A stretch of DNA of 63,223 nucleotides, filler included, from Octopus bimaculoides (GCF_001194135.2; 4 parts of 4 records of this genome joined end to end with filler, not necessarily neighbours in it); one strand, 5' to 3'; positions 48,835 through 61,091 are shown, counted from the first letter of the whole stretch. The notes: generated by a model not told the origin, from the sequence alone. Made by a program: numbers and translations.

Positions 48835-49030
48835 TGCCTGGCTGACAGTCTGGATAAGCTTGGATTTTCAGCAAAAGAAAGCAACTTGTTCAAACATTAG
48901 ATTTTTCTTAAGTTGAATATATGATATTGTTTTCGTTATCTGCATTCCAACGATGGAACGTTGTATCTTTGTCAGAAGCCAACTCCTTCTTCGGAGAAAG
49001 AATTTAAAAAATTCAAAACACAATAGATTA
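48835..49030 (+). mobile_element. Short R4-like RLE 3' fragment flanked on both sides by (TACA)n
   Basis: CLADSLDKLGFSAKESNL aligns with the same region of the 35398 and 35755 copies. Confidence 0.5.
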
Positions 49031-49404
49031 TACATACATACATACATGCGTACATACATGCATACTCCGACATCAGCAGAGAAATAACCGAGTGAAGAAC
49101 AATAAGCAAAAATTTAATCGCAACCAGGCAGCAGTATACATAGATATGAGAGGAGGAGCAACACATATCACCAAAGGTTTGGGTCGATCCGAGGATATCG
49201 GAAATAGAGACACTGACTGTTTTAATTCCGTGATGTAGAATCAATCCTGAGCCCTCAAGAGCATAACGGGAACTTCTTAACCAACTGGCCTTAGATATAT
49301 ATTTACACGGCTATCATACTTTTATCTTTTTATATATAACATAGAAACACCAAACTATGTATTTTTCTCTCTCTCTCTCTGTCTTTTTTTCTCATAATAT
49401 ATAT

Positions 49405-49798
49405 AGGAGTGGCTGTGTGGTAAGTAGTTTGCTTACCAACCACATGATTCTGGTTTCAGTCCCACTGCGTGGCACCTTGGGCTAGTGTCTTCTACTATAG
49501 CCTCGGGCCGACCAAAGCCTTGTGAGTGGATTTGGTAGACGGATACTGAAAGAAGCCCGTCGTATATATGTATATGTATATATATGTGTGTGTGTTTCTG
49601 TGTCTGTGTTTCTCCCCCCAACATCGCTTGACAACCGATGATGGTGTGGTTACGTCCCCGTAACTTAGCGGTTCGGCAAAAGTGATCGATAGAATAAGTA
49701 CTAGGCTTACAAAAAATAAGTCCTGGGGTCGATTTGCTCGACTAAAGGTGGTGCCCCAGCATGGCCGCAGTAAAATGACTGAAACAAGTAAAAGAGTA

Positions 49799-49800
<2 letters not shown>
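49405..49800 (+). mobile_element. Full-length young SINE family A (best reference copy)
   Basis: A box TGGCTGTGTGG, B box GTTTCAGTCCC, internal (TA)/(TG), tail GAAACAAGTAAAAGAGTAAA followed by (GT)n. Confidence 0.93.
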
Positions 49801-49878
<78 letters not shown>

Positions 49879-49964
49879 GAATCTTCATTTCATACTAATT
49901 AAAAGTTAAACAATAAAATTCTTGGGTTTTTTCCGTTTTTATTCTCACCATGGTTGGAACATCT

Positions 49965-50135
49965 TTGGTCGTAGTCTCTGTCTACGTAGTTTCTGTCTAC
50001 CAAATCCACTCACAAGAATTTGGTCGGCCCAAGGCTATAGCAGAAGACACTTGCCCAAGGTATCCTGCAGTGGGACTGAACCCGGAACCATGTGGTTGGG
50101 AAGCAAGCTTCTTATCATACAACCACGCCTACACC
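49965..50135 (-). mobile_element. SINE family A 5' half, inverted relative to 49405-49800
   Basis: ccaaatccactcacaag...gggactgaacccggaaccatgtgg. Confidence 0.85.
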
Positions 50136-52384
50136 TATACATATATGTGTGTGTATGTCCGTATATACAAGTGCGTGTGTGTGTGTGTGTGTGTGTGTTT
50201 TGAGAGAAGGACAAGATATTTATATGAGAGTAAAACAAGAGGATGAAAAAATGTAATTATGAATTCTGAATTTCAAAATTATAATACCTGTATTAATTTG
50301 CTCATTAAATTTATTCTATATTTTTTTTTTTTCAATTAAAGCAATTTCATTTTTATTGAGGGAAATCTTTCACACAAAACATAATAAACACCCTCACATA
50401 TATACTTCGCTCGCGCATACACCCACGCAAGTGGCTAATTAAGTATGTATGTATGTATGTGGGTGTATGTGTGTATGTATGTGTATATGTATGTATGTGT
50501 GTGTGTGTGCTTTTGTATATGTGTATATATTATGTATGTATGTGTGTGTACGTAAGTATGTGTGTATGTATGTATGTGTGTATGTGTATATGTAACTGTG
50601 TGTGTATGTGTGTATGCATGCATGTATGTATATGTATGAATACATATCTCTATATATGCATGCAAGCATGTACTATGTATGCTTGTATGCATGTATATAT
50701 GCATTACGTAGCAATGTATACATGTCTGCTTGTGTCTATGGTAAATCTATGGAATTATGGATTTTGAAATCAGAAGAGACGAGACGAATGTTTCACAACT
50801 TTGACCAAGTTGTGGTGAAGTGACGCAGTTGATTAAATCGACTTCGAACCATGATACTAAACTAGAATCGGAATTGGGGTGATTTGAACTCAGAACGCAT
50901 AAAATGACTTAAACACTGCAACACATTTAGTTGGTCAGTCTTCCGATTTTGTTAATCTTGAGGCGATATTGAAAGCAAATACAGATTTACTGAGACGTAA
51001 AATAGACACAAAACAGTCTTCGTTTACAATTAAAAAAAAAGAAGAAGAAAAATAATAATAAGCACAACTTTATTACGAAAACGAAATCAATCAATCTCTC
51101 TTTAAAAAAAGATTTCATTATAATAGTTTTTCCAATTAATTCAGGAACTAATTGAAAACTGGCTGAACACTGGTAATGTATGATAAATGTTTAAAAGTGT
51201 AGAGAGATCTAATAAATGTAATTGAGGCAAAAGTTGGTGCGAGGAGGGGAGTCGGAGGGGTTGGTTTGTGTGATCTTTATAATAATTAATCAGCTTCCAG
51301 TGATTTCATTTTCAGGAAAAGTTAGATATCAGAGAATATATTGAAAATTTTATTCCCAAATTATAATTCTCTATGTGATTTTATTTATTTATTTCAAATA
51401 TTGGCGTATTGTATTACTATAGTAATGCAATTATATTCTGTTCTTTATTAGAGATATATGAACGATAACAAAACCACAGCAGGGGAGATAAATGCTGGTC
51501 ATCGTGTTCTACGATTTGAGCTTCGAATTTGTTATTCGTAATCATTTCTAATACATAAAACAATCATTTGTAACATCATTTCAACTTCATAAATTTGATC
51601 CGGTGTGGTACACCCAGAAATGAACTGGCACTTAGTTTTATTTATTACTTATCTTGCAATGCTGCTTGGAGACTCCCAAGACAATTGTTAGACAGGAAAC
51701 CTGAAGAAAATTTGTAAGTTGGACAACGTGGGTAGATCTGGAAAGGATGCGTGGAGGGTGAAGATGAAGAATCAACAAACAGGGTGTAGTGATTTGATGC
51801 TCCAAGTAAATTGAAGTCTTCGGCATTTTGAGCCTAGACTCTTCTACTGAAAATAACGAGAATAGAAACCAGACGGAGAGAGGGAAAAACAAATTGAGTG
51901 CAAAAAAATTAATCTCGATTAACGATTGAACAAAGTTTATATTTTAAACCGAATAGTAATCAAGAAGGTGCTCAATATATAATTCTTTGATATTTCTTCT
52001 TTTTTTTTTTACACTTTACAAAGGTTTTAAAATTTCCAGTCACCATTTCATCCTTATTTGAAACTTTCTGCATGGTATAACCCGGGTATAAATTAAACAT
52101 ACTGCGAAGATAGACAATTCTTACAGACAGAAAATAATTTACAGCTTAAATGCATTCAGGTGTTTTTGTTTTCTTATCCATAGATTGTTAATAGTTCAAC
52201 AACAGAGTGAGAAGAGAAAGAAATTTCTTACAAAAGATTATTTCCAGCAAAAATCTTCCTTAGCANNNNNNNNNNNNNNNNNNNNNNNNNNNNNNNNNNN
52301 NNNNNNNNNNNNNNNNNNNNNNNNNNNNNNNNNNNNNNNNNNNNNNNNNNNNNNNNNNNNNNNNNNNNNNNNNTATATATGTAT

Positions 52385-52556
52385 ATATATGGGGGAATGT
52401 ATGAAAAAACAACAACAGACGAGGACAGGTGGTGTAAACAACAAAAGGATGTATTAGTATGACGCCCGGGAATACGGAAAGTCTTTAACGTTTCGAGCTA
52501 CGCTCTTCAACAGAAAGAATACGTAGACAAGGAGAAAAACACGGAGAAAAAAAATT
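52385..52556 (-). mobile_element. Penelope-like terminal repeat fragment in TA-rich repeats
   Basis: Homologue of 39623-39790. Confidence 0.7.
52482..52518 (-). ncRNA. Minimal hammerhead-like motif identical to 39661-39697
   Basis: Reverse complement TCTTTCTGTTGAAGAGCGTAGCTCGAAACGTTAAAGA, 37/37 identical. Confidence 0.55.
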
Positions 52557-52742
52557 GAATAGTGTTCGGTCAACGGTCAATATGTATGTATGTATGTATG
52601 TATATATGTGTATGTATATATGTATGTATATATGTATATATATAAATATGTATGTATGTATGTGTATATGTATATATATATATATGTATATATGTATATA
52701 TGTGGGGGGTGCGTATAAATATATATATGTATGTATATATAG

Positions 52743-53043
52743 TGAAGGCGCGTGCCTTGATGGTTGGGTATTCCACTCACGATCGTGAGTTTAATTCCCG
52801 GCGACGTGTTGTGTGCTTGAACAAGACATTTTATTTCATGCTGTTCCAGTTCACTCAGCTGGCAAAAAATGAGTTGTCCCTATATTCCAAATTGCCAGCC
52901 TTGTCACACTCTGTGTCACGCTGAAACTCCCTGAAAACTAAGTTAAGGGTTACACGTGTCTGTGGAGAACTCAGCCAATTGCACGTCAATTTCACGAGCA
53001 GGCTGTTCAGTTGATCCGATCAAATGGAACGTTTGTTGTAACC
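52743..53043 (+). mobile_element. SINE family C2
   Basis: gtgcttgaacaagacattttatttcatgctgttccagttcactcagctgg core plus the shared family C tail. Confidence 0.85.
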
Positions 53044-53099
53044 AGCGTAGTGTTGTGTTAATAAGTATAAATTTGAGTTTGTGTGTGCGCGTGTGTGTA

Positions 53100-53172
<73 letters not shown>

Positions 53173-54010
53173 TGATGATGAATGAACAAAGACTGAAAAG
53201 CTTTTGTAACGACTATCAGTGTCATAGATGTGTGTTGTTCAATTGTTTACTTTCGTGCACATCCTCTATGTAGTGTGTAGATGTATGGATGTGATTGTTT
53301 CTCATCGAATACTTTCCGTTGTTTCATACAGCGATCCCCAGTCTATATCAACAGTATTCATCGATGGATTTAAAGGAAGAGAAGACGATTTGCAAATCAA
53401 ATGATTCCTGCGTCTCATTAATTTTCTTCGTCTCATATTGTCGAATTTCGTTGAATTATTCATTAGATTAGCTTGATTTAACAATATAACGATATTCAAA
53501 ATGAGGATAAATGTAAATCCACTCGATTCGACATCCAACACTAAAGGATATCGTTCATATGGAACTGCAATACACCTTGATATTCACTCCCCACAGTACC
53601 AGATGATATCATTGTTATAGTAAATGATAGGAGATCGCTTGTCTTTGGGAAAAGGGATATCACGCCGGTTAAACTTAATGAAGCCGAAGTATAAGACCCA
53701 CTAGGTTTGTTCCTTTTAATCAGTGTTTCTAAGTAACAGCAACAATTGGAACCTTTCGGGTATGGCAGTATTGTGATGTCAAGATACTATCGTCATACAA
53801 GTGACACATTCTGGATAAAGGCACGGCAAAAATTTATAAATGAAAGACTTGAAATAACAAAATGGCAACCGGCTTATTTACTGGACAATGTTTTAGGTAA
53901 CGTACGAAATACATTCTTTATCAAGACCTAACAAAAACTGGCTTAAAGTGTTGTCACTTCCAAGTAAAACTACTCAAAAATAAAAGAGGCATAAATTTTT
54001 TTCAAATTTT

Positions 54011-54547
54011 TACAAATAACATGAAACGTAAATAACGTAAACAACGAGAGAAAAATGGAAAACAGGACAACTAAACACAGAGACAGGACCCTTCATCAGT
54101 TGTCGGTTGTCTATCATTTCAAGCATTCTTCCTCTTTTAACTATTCTCTTTTCAAAAAAAAAAAGAAATGTTTCTCCCAGCGTTCACTAATTTCCTCTCG
54201 CTCTGGTCTAACGACTCTCAATGTTTGTTTTAGTTGGGTTTCCATGTATCTGTCAACTGTCATGTTTTTGTTCCCAACTTCGACCTTCCATAAATCCTAA
54301 ATTTTATTTTAGAATTTATGGGAGCAACTGTCTTTGAAGACTCACATTGTCGTTGAATGCTCGAGATGAGGTGTAGATACACAACCGACAACTGAGGAGG
54401 GGGTTCTTTCTCTGTGTTTACTTGTCCTGTTTTTCATTTTTTTTTTCATTGTTTACGTACTTTACGTATTTAACTCATTTGCTTACGTATTTAACTCATT
54501 TGCTTACGTATTTAACTCATTTGCTTACGTATTTCATGTTATTTGCA
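54011..54547. repeat. Diverged inverted repeat pair (54011-54128 and 54355-54547)
   Basis: ACAACCGACAACTGA(T/G)GA(A/G)GG...CTCTGTGTTTA(G/C)TTGTCCTGTT is shared in opposite orientation. Confidence 0.78.
54462..54534 (+). repeat. 21-bp tandem repeat TTACGTATTTAACTCATTTGC x3.5
   Basis: Three perfect units plus 10 bp. Confidence 0.95.
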
Positions 54548-54734
54548 CCGGTGCTGGCGCTCAGTACCCACTTATAACCACACGCTTAGGTTAAATATCA
54601 CTGATCGTATATATATATATATATATATAAACATATATATACATATATATGCATACATCATATATATATATATATATATATGAATACATACATATATCAA
54701 CATATATATACATATACATATATATGCATACATC

Positions 54735-54779
<45 letters not shown>

Positions 54780-55359
54780 TATGTATGTATATACATACAT
54801 ACACACATAATTACATATATGCATAATTACATATATTAGCCTTGTCAAAACTTATTTAAATCGTGCTGTAATTACTCGAACCGTTGGGTTTACCTGCATT
54901 TTTAAAAGAATTAAGAACGGAAAGTAGCAGTTGTTCGAGGAAGACTCGAGATACGAAATTCCATGTCACATAACCCCTCCATAAGTTAGAGTGTGTGTTT
55001 GTGGTGTTTGTGCATCTGTGTATCTGTGTGTCTGTGAGTGTATGCGCACGTCGCTAACGCCACCAGCACATCCCTATCTGTGCCCGTTTCACACCATTCT
55101 TCTTGACTGGTTGTAAACATAGTGTAAAGTTACTTTCAACATAGCGCCATTATTTACTAACACCATCTCCAGTTGAATACTGTTACAATGTTCCAGCATT
55201 AAATAGATTCTTTGTCTGTAATAAACCCGATATCACGGCACTTGGAGGATTTTTATCAACTTAGACAATGTGGCGAGGCATTTATCACCTCTGTCACCAT
55301 TACAAATATTAACACCGCCGTCTGCACTACCATCACTTTTGTTATCATCACTTTTGTTA

Positions 55360-55363
55360 TCAC

Positions 55364-55412
<49 letters not shown>

Positions 55413-55413
55413 G

Positions 55414-55445
<32 letters not shown>

Positions 55446-55450
55446 GTCAC
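55360..55450. repeat. (CAT)n(CGT)n trinucleotide run
   Basis: Direct reading. Confidence 0.95.
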
Positions 55451-55654
55451 CACATTTTCATAAGGCTGTCACATGTAGCATATCTCTAACACCCTTTCGC
55501 AATGATGTTTGTTTAGAGATACATGGAGTTTTATCTATGGAGTCATATACAAATGTACAAGGAAGTACATGCACGNNNNNNNNNNNNNNNNNNNNNNNNN
55601 NNNNNNNNNNNNNNNNNNNNNNNNNNNNNNNNNNNNNNNNNNNNNNNNNNNNNN

Positions 55655-55701
<47 letters not shown>

Positions 55702-56842
55702 CATACACACACACATATATATATATGTATATATACATATATATAGAGAGAGAGAAAGAGAGATACAAACATACATACAAGCGTGCGTGCGTGTATGCAT
55801 GCTTGCATACATACATACATTCACATACGCATACATATACACACAGCATATACATACATACATACATACATACATACATACATACATACATACATGTATA
55901 CATGTATACATATCGTTTTTGTTTATGTTGTGACAGAAAGGCATAAAACTTTTCGCTACAATTTTATGTTTGAAAAATATCCAACACAACACAAAGAATT
56001 AGATGCATTGAAAAAAAATGATTCCTTATCTTAAGGAGTATAAAATTTAACGATGCACAAATAAACTAAGATTTAAAAGCAATAAAAATCCCCTTTAAAT
56101 GTATTCATATTTATAAAGAAAATAGAACAATCTAAGGAACATAACAAATACACAAGGTTATAAAGAAATGTTACCAAAAGCCCAGCTCCAACGCAAATAT
56201 TGATGAAACACAACAGACAATCACCAAAGAACATCTAAGAGAAAATTAAAATGTCGTCCTTCAGCTGCTGAAGAATCACAAACACGTTGAAACTGAATCT
56301 AAACGCTTGCTTATTAATACTTCCAAGAGTGATTTTTAGGATAGCTAATAAAACGATCATAGAGTAAAAGTTGACAGACAGCGGTATACGAATTTTAGTG
56401 TGTGCACCAACAAAGCGACAGTCATCAGGTGGTTTGGAATTGTCGGAATAAAATATAAGTTGAATTTATACGTTCCGCCAGCATCAATTATTATTTTTCC
56501 ATATATCAAAATATTCTAAAAGCCATCGATTTCGCCAGAAGATAAACTTATATTACTGCAACGTTATTATCAGTTCTAATGTGCTTGTGGCACGCTGAGA
56601 CTAATAAACAAACTATTCACTATATTTTTGTAATGGGAAAAAATTTCTCGCTGTAGACAAATGGTGTAGGTACACCTAGTTAAGTTCGCAACGCCCCCTC
56701 TCTTTCCAGACTGTAAGAGGCAACATTTCGGAGTAGTTAACTCCTCTTCTGTCACAGACACTGGACAGACTGCACTGCGAACTGGCGAAAGAGAGTGATT
56801 CTCTTATGCTATTTCGGTCATAGTAAGATGATTACGTACAAA

Positions 56843-57040
56843 GGTGCAGGAGTGGCTGTGTGGTAAGTAGCTAGCTCACCAACCACATGGTTCCGAGTTC
56901 AGTCCCACTGCGTGGCACCTTAGGCAAGTGTCTTCTACTATAGCCTCGGGCCGACCAAAGCCTTGTGAGTGGATTTGGTAGACGGAAACTGAAAGAAGCC
57001 CGTCGTATATGTATGTATGTGTATATATATATATATATAT
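56843..57040 (+). mobile_element. SINE family A 5' half (internal microsatellite runs into a gap)
   Basis: aggtgcaggagtggctgtgtggtaagtagc...gaaagaagcccgtcgtata. Confidence 0.9.
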
Positions 57041-57417
57041 ATNNNNNNNNNNNNNNNNNNNNNNNNNNNNNNNNNNNNNNNNNNNNNNNNNNNNNNNNNN
57101 NNNNNNNNNNNNNNNNNNNNNNNNNNNNNNNNNNNNNNNNNNNNNNNNNNNNNNNNNNNNNNNNNNNNNNNNNNNNNNNNNNNNNNNNNNNNNNNNNNNN
57201 NNNNNNNNNNNNNNNNNNNNNNNNNNNNNNNNNNNNNNNNNNNNNNNNNNNNNNNNNNNNNNNNNNNNNNNNNNNNNNNNNNNNNNNNNNNNNNNNNNNN
57301 NNNNNNNNNNNNNNNNNNNNNNNNNNNNNNNNNNNNNNNNNNNNNNNNNNNNNNNNNNNNNNNNNNNNNNNNNNNNNNNNNNNNNNNNNNNNNNNNNNNN
57401 NNNNNNNNNNNNNNNNN

Positions 57418-57464
<47 letters not shown>

Positions 57465-58160
57465 GTGTGTGTGTGTGTGTGCGTGTGTGTGTATGTATAT
57501 GTGTGTGCGTCTGCGTGTGTGTGTGTGTGTGTGTGTGTGTGGTATGGTTTTTTCCTGCGAATTAGCTAATTATCTCTCGAATCACAAATTACTCCCTTAA
57601 AATTAAGACACTTTGAAAATGCAGTCCTAAAATATGAATAAAGTATCTGGGACAACGTATCCAAGACTGTACTTTTCTAAGTGTTCCAATATGTGAGTTT
57701 AGGCATACTCTGCTGATGTTTCTAGCAGATGGCATGACAGCATAAGAGCTCTTCCTAGTTCAATCAGGTTTACAGGTATCAGTGCTATAGGTGTGTTGGG
57801 TTTTACGTCAGAGGTATATTTGGGATATATAGATATGCAGAGTGTGAACAGGTAAATATTATTGATTGCTCAGGTAAAGGGAAATGGGCGTAGTGATGGA
57901 AGGAGGGATGGAAATCCGAAGTGGGTGTATTTTTATCTACTTGGAAAGGAGACAGAGACGAAGACTTATTATTTGTCAAAATATTATTTAGCAAATCTTT
58001 CCGATCAATGAAAGTCAATGCAAAATGAGAGAGTGCTTCCCGAGTGTGTGTGTGTGTGTGTGTGTCGGAAAGAAGGGGATATCGATGAGAAGAAAGAGAA
58101 TGAGGATTGAGGTGGGAGGGTGGGGAAAAGAAAGGAAGAATATAGAGAGCAGGAGAGAGA

Positions 58161-58200
<40 letters not shown>

Positions 58201-58300
58201 NNNNNNNNNNNNNNNNNNNNNNNNNNNNNNNNNNNNNNNNNNNNTTAATTAATTAANNNNNNNNNNNNNNNNNNNNNNNNNNNNNNNNNNNNNNNNNNNN
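58201..58300. other. Artificial scaffold-joining spacer
   Basis: 44 N + TTAATTAATTAA (58245-58256) + 44 N. Confidence 0.95.
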
Positions 58301-58937
58301 TCCCATCTTTTATTCAGGCATAGTGTATCTAGGACTACATTATCTAATGTATAGTATAGGAGTTAGTATTAATAGCTATAGTTTTAGCCCCAGGTCAGTC
58401 CTGATCCAGACAGACCTATGACCAAAGACGTTCCAACTGTGACCATCCCATCTTTTATTCAGGCATAGTGTATCTAGGACTACATTATCTAATGTATAGT
58501 ATAGGAGTTAGTATTAGTGGTTATAGTGGTTGTGGTGGTGATACAGTGGGCTGGACTACTACAATGTCACAGAGAAGAAAGTTTAATTTTGAAGGACGTG
58601 TGGGGTGGGGGAGCGGGGAGAGGACCTCATGCTGTACTTTATGGTACCCACGCCCAGACATATTGCAGCTACCATCCGCACGTCCACTACCACCACCGCC
58701 ACCACCACCACCCGGACGACATATACCTACATTACTACTTCTACAAACACACCACCAAATGACAATTATCACCTGCCTGCTATTGTCATTAATTGTCCTG
58801 CATTACGTCAACTAAACACACCTTCACACACACACGCAAACACACAAATATATATATATACATACATATATATGTATGTATGTATGTATTTACACACATG
58901 CACGAACACACACAGACACACGCACACACACACACAG

Positions 58938-58968
<31 letters not shown>

Positions 58969-59754
58969 AAAACAAATAGTAAATGAGTATATGCATATAT
59001 ACGTACAGGTATGTGCATACCGACATCCACCTGTATGTATAGGTGCATATCTGGGTACAGGACATTGCAAACAAAANNNNNNNNNNNNNNNNNNNNNNNN
59101 NNNNNNNNNNNNNNNNNNNNNNNNNNNNNNNNNNNNNNNNNNNNNNNNNNNNNNNNNNNNNNNNNNNNNNNNNNNNNNNNNNNNNNNNNNNNNNNNNNNN
59201 NNNNNNNNNNNNNNNNNNNNNNNNNNNNNNNNNNNNNNNNNNNNNNNNNNNNNNNNNNNNNNNNNNNNNNNNNNNNNNNNNNNNNNNNNNNNNNNNNNNN
59301 NNNNNNNNNNNNNNNNNNNNNNNNNNNNNNNNNNNNNNNNNNNNNNNNNNNNNNNNNNNNNNNNNNNNNNNNNNNNNNNNNNNNNNNNNNNNNNNNNNNN
59401 NNNNNNNNNNNNNNNNNNNNNNNNNNNNNNNNNNNNNNNNNNNNNNNNNNNNNNNNNNNNNNNNNNNNNNNNNNNNNNNNNNNNNNNNNNNNNNNNNNNN
59501 NNNNNNNNNNNNNNNNNNNNNNNNNNNNNNNNNNNNNNNNNNNNNNNNNNNNNNNNNNNNNNNNNNNNNNNNNNNNNNNNNNNNNNNNNNNNNNNNNNNN
59601 NNNNNNNNNNNNNNNNNNNNNNNNNNNNNNNNNNNNNNNNNNNNNNNNNNNNNNNNNNNNNNNNNNNNNNNNNNNNNNNNNNNNNNNNNNNNNNNNNNNN
59701 NNNNNNNNNNNNNNNNNNNNNNNNNNNNNNNNNCGGCGTTTCGAAGAGCTGTGC

Positions 59755-59877
59755 AAGTGTGGCTGTGGTAAGAAGCTTGCTTCCCAACCACATGGTTCTG
59801 GGTTCAGTCCCACTCTGTGGCACCTTCAACGAGTGGATTTAGTAAACGGGAACTGAAAGAAACCCGTCCAGTATGTG

Positions 59878-59931
<54 letters not shown>

Positions 59932-60170
59932 CATATATATGCACATATGTATATATGTATGTGTTTGTTCCCCACCCACCCTCGCTTGACAACTGATGTT
60001 CATGCGTTTACATCCTCATAACTTAGTAGTTTGGCAAAAGAGACTGATAGAACAAGTACTAGACTTACAAAGAATAAGTCATGGGTGGGGGTCGATTTGT
60101 TCGACTATAGGCAATGCTCCAGCATGGCCGTAGTCAAATGATTAAAACAAGTAAAAGAATAAAAGAATAT
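59755..60170 (+). mobile_element. SINE family A with a deletion in the core
   Basis: Head, (TG)n and tail gaaacaagtaaaagaataaaagaat. Confidence 0.85.
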
Positions 60171-60249
60171 ATATGTATATGTGTGTGTGTGTGTGTGTGT
60201 GTCATCATCATCGTTTAACGTCCGCTTTCCATGCTNNNNNNNNNNTGTG

Positions 60250-60540
60250 TCATCATCATCATTTAACGTCCGCTTTCCATACTAGCATGGGTTGGACGAT
60301 TTGACTGAGGACTGGTGAAACCGGATGGCTACACCAGGCTCCAATCTAATTTGACTGAGTTTCTACAGCTGGATGCTCTTCCTAACGCCAACCACTCCGA
60401 GAGTGTAGTGGGTGCTTTTACGTGCCACCGGCACGAAGGCCAGTCCAGCGGCACTGGCAACAGCCTTGCTCAAATGATTTTTCACGTGCCACTGGCACAA
60501 GTACCAGTAAGGCGACGCTGGTAACGATCACGCGCGAATG
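60250..60540 (-). mobile_element. RTE 3' tail fragment
   Basis: catcatttaacgtccgctttcc...ctacagctggatgctcttcctaacgcc. Confidence 0.88.
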
Positions 60541-60776
60541 GTGATAATAGTACTAATAATTGTCGGAGCCCTGGGAACAGTGAGTAAAAATCTCGAGAAG
60601 TGCGTGGAACAAATAGGGGCTGCAATAAGGGTGGAACACTTGCAGAAAACAGCACTGCTTGGAACCGCTCGAATACTCTGGAAGATGCTCGAAAAATAAG
60701 GGGTGTTACCTTAGTTCACTGGTAGTGAACAGCTGACACCGTAGTACATCTCCAGCGTTAGAAGCTGCGCAAAGGC

Positions 60777-60813
<37 letters not shown>

Positions 60814-60875
60814 GTAATAATAATAATAATAATAGTAATTATAATAATAATAATAATAATAATGATAATAATAAT
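60540..60875 (+). mobile_element. Dong/R4-like RLE retrotransposon 3' end with (AAT)n tail
   Basis: VIIVLIIVGALGTVSKNLEKCVEQIGAAIRVEHLQKTALLGTARILWKMLEK* (stop at 60697-60699), short UTR, (AAT)n at 60777-60875. Confidence 0.82.
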
Positions 60876-61091
60876 ATCAACAACAAACAAGATAAAGACA
60901 AATATCTGTCAAATGTAAATAATGTGAATATAGTTAATTGAACAATTCTTCAGGGTCAGAAATTGATAGAAAAAGGAACACCATCTCAATGAGTTGATAT
61001 ACCATTGGTAGACCCTAAAATGCACAAACGCACGTACCGGAATTTAATGCTGGGTGGAGCACATCACCCTGAACATCTGGCCAGACTGCAA

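Noticed and set aside
51670-51720. 42-nt exon ending TTT|GTAAGT (RLPRQLLDRKPEENL)
   Set aside because: The acceptor is poor and there is no supporting neighbour.
56710-56800. Exon after CCCTCTCTTTCCAG
   Set aside because: Good acceptor but no convincing donor, and the best frame stops after 29 codons.
58301-58516. 71-bp direct duplication (58301-58371 and 58446-58516)
   Set aside because: It starts exactly at a scaffold edge, so a local duplication cannot be distinguished from an assembly artefact.
4625-59992. ORFs rich in YI, CV, HT, LS, ER, poly-D/M/V/S
   Set aside because: They are translations of di-, tri- and tetranucleotide microsatellites.
60200-60300. Tandem duplication of an RTE tail around a 10-N gap
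   Set aside because: Most likely overlapping contig ends or two haplotypes left unmerged.
60303-60330. CTGAGGA-CTGGT-GAAAC in RTE tails as a hammerhead (also near 18745 and 62000)
   Set aside because: Only about 5 nt lie between the core halves with no stem II, and there is no stem I or III pairing.
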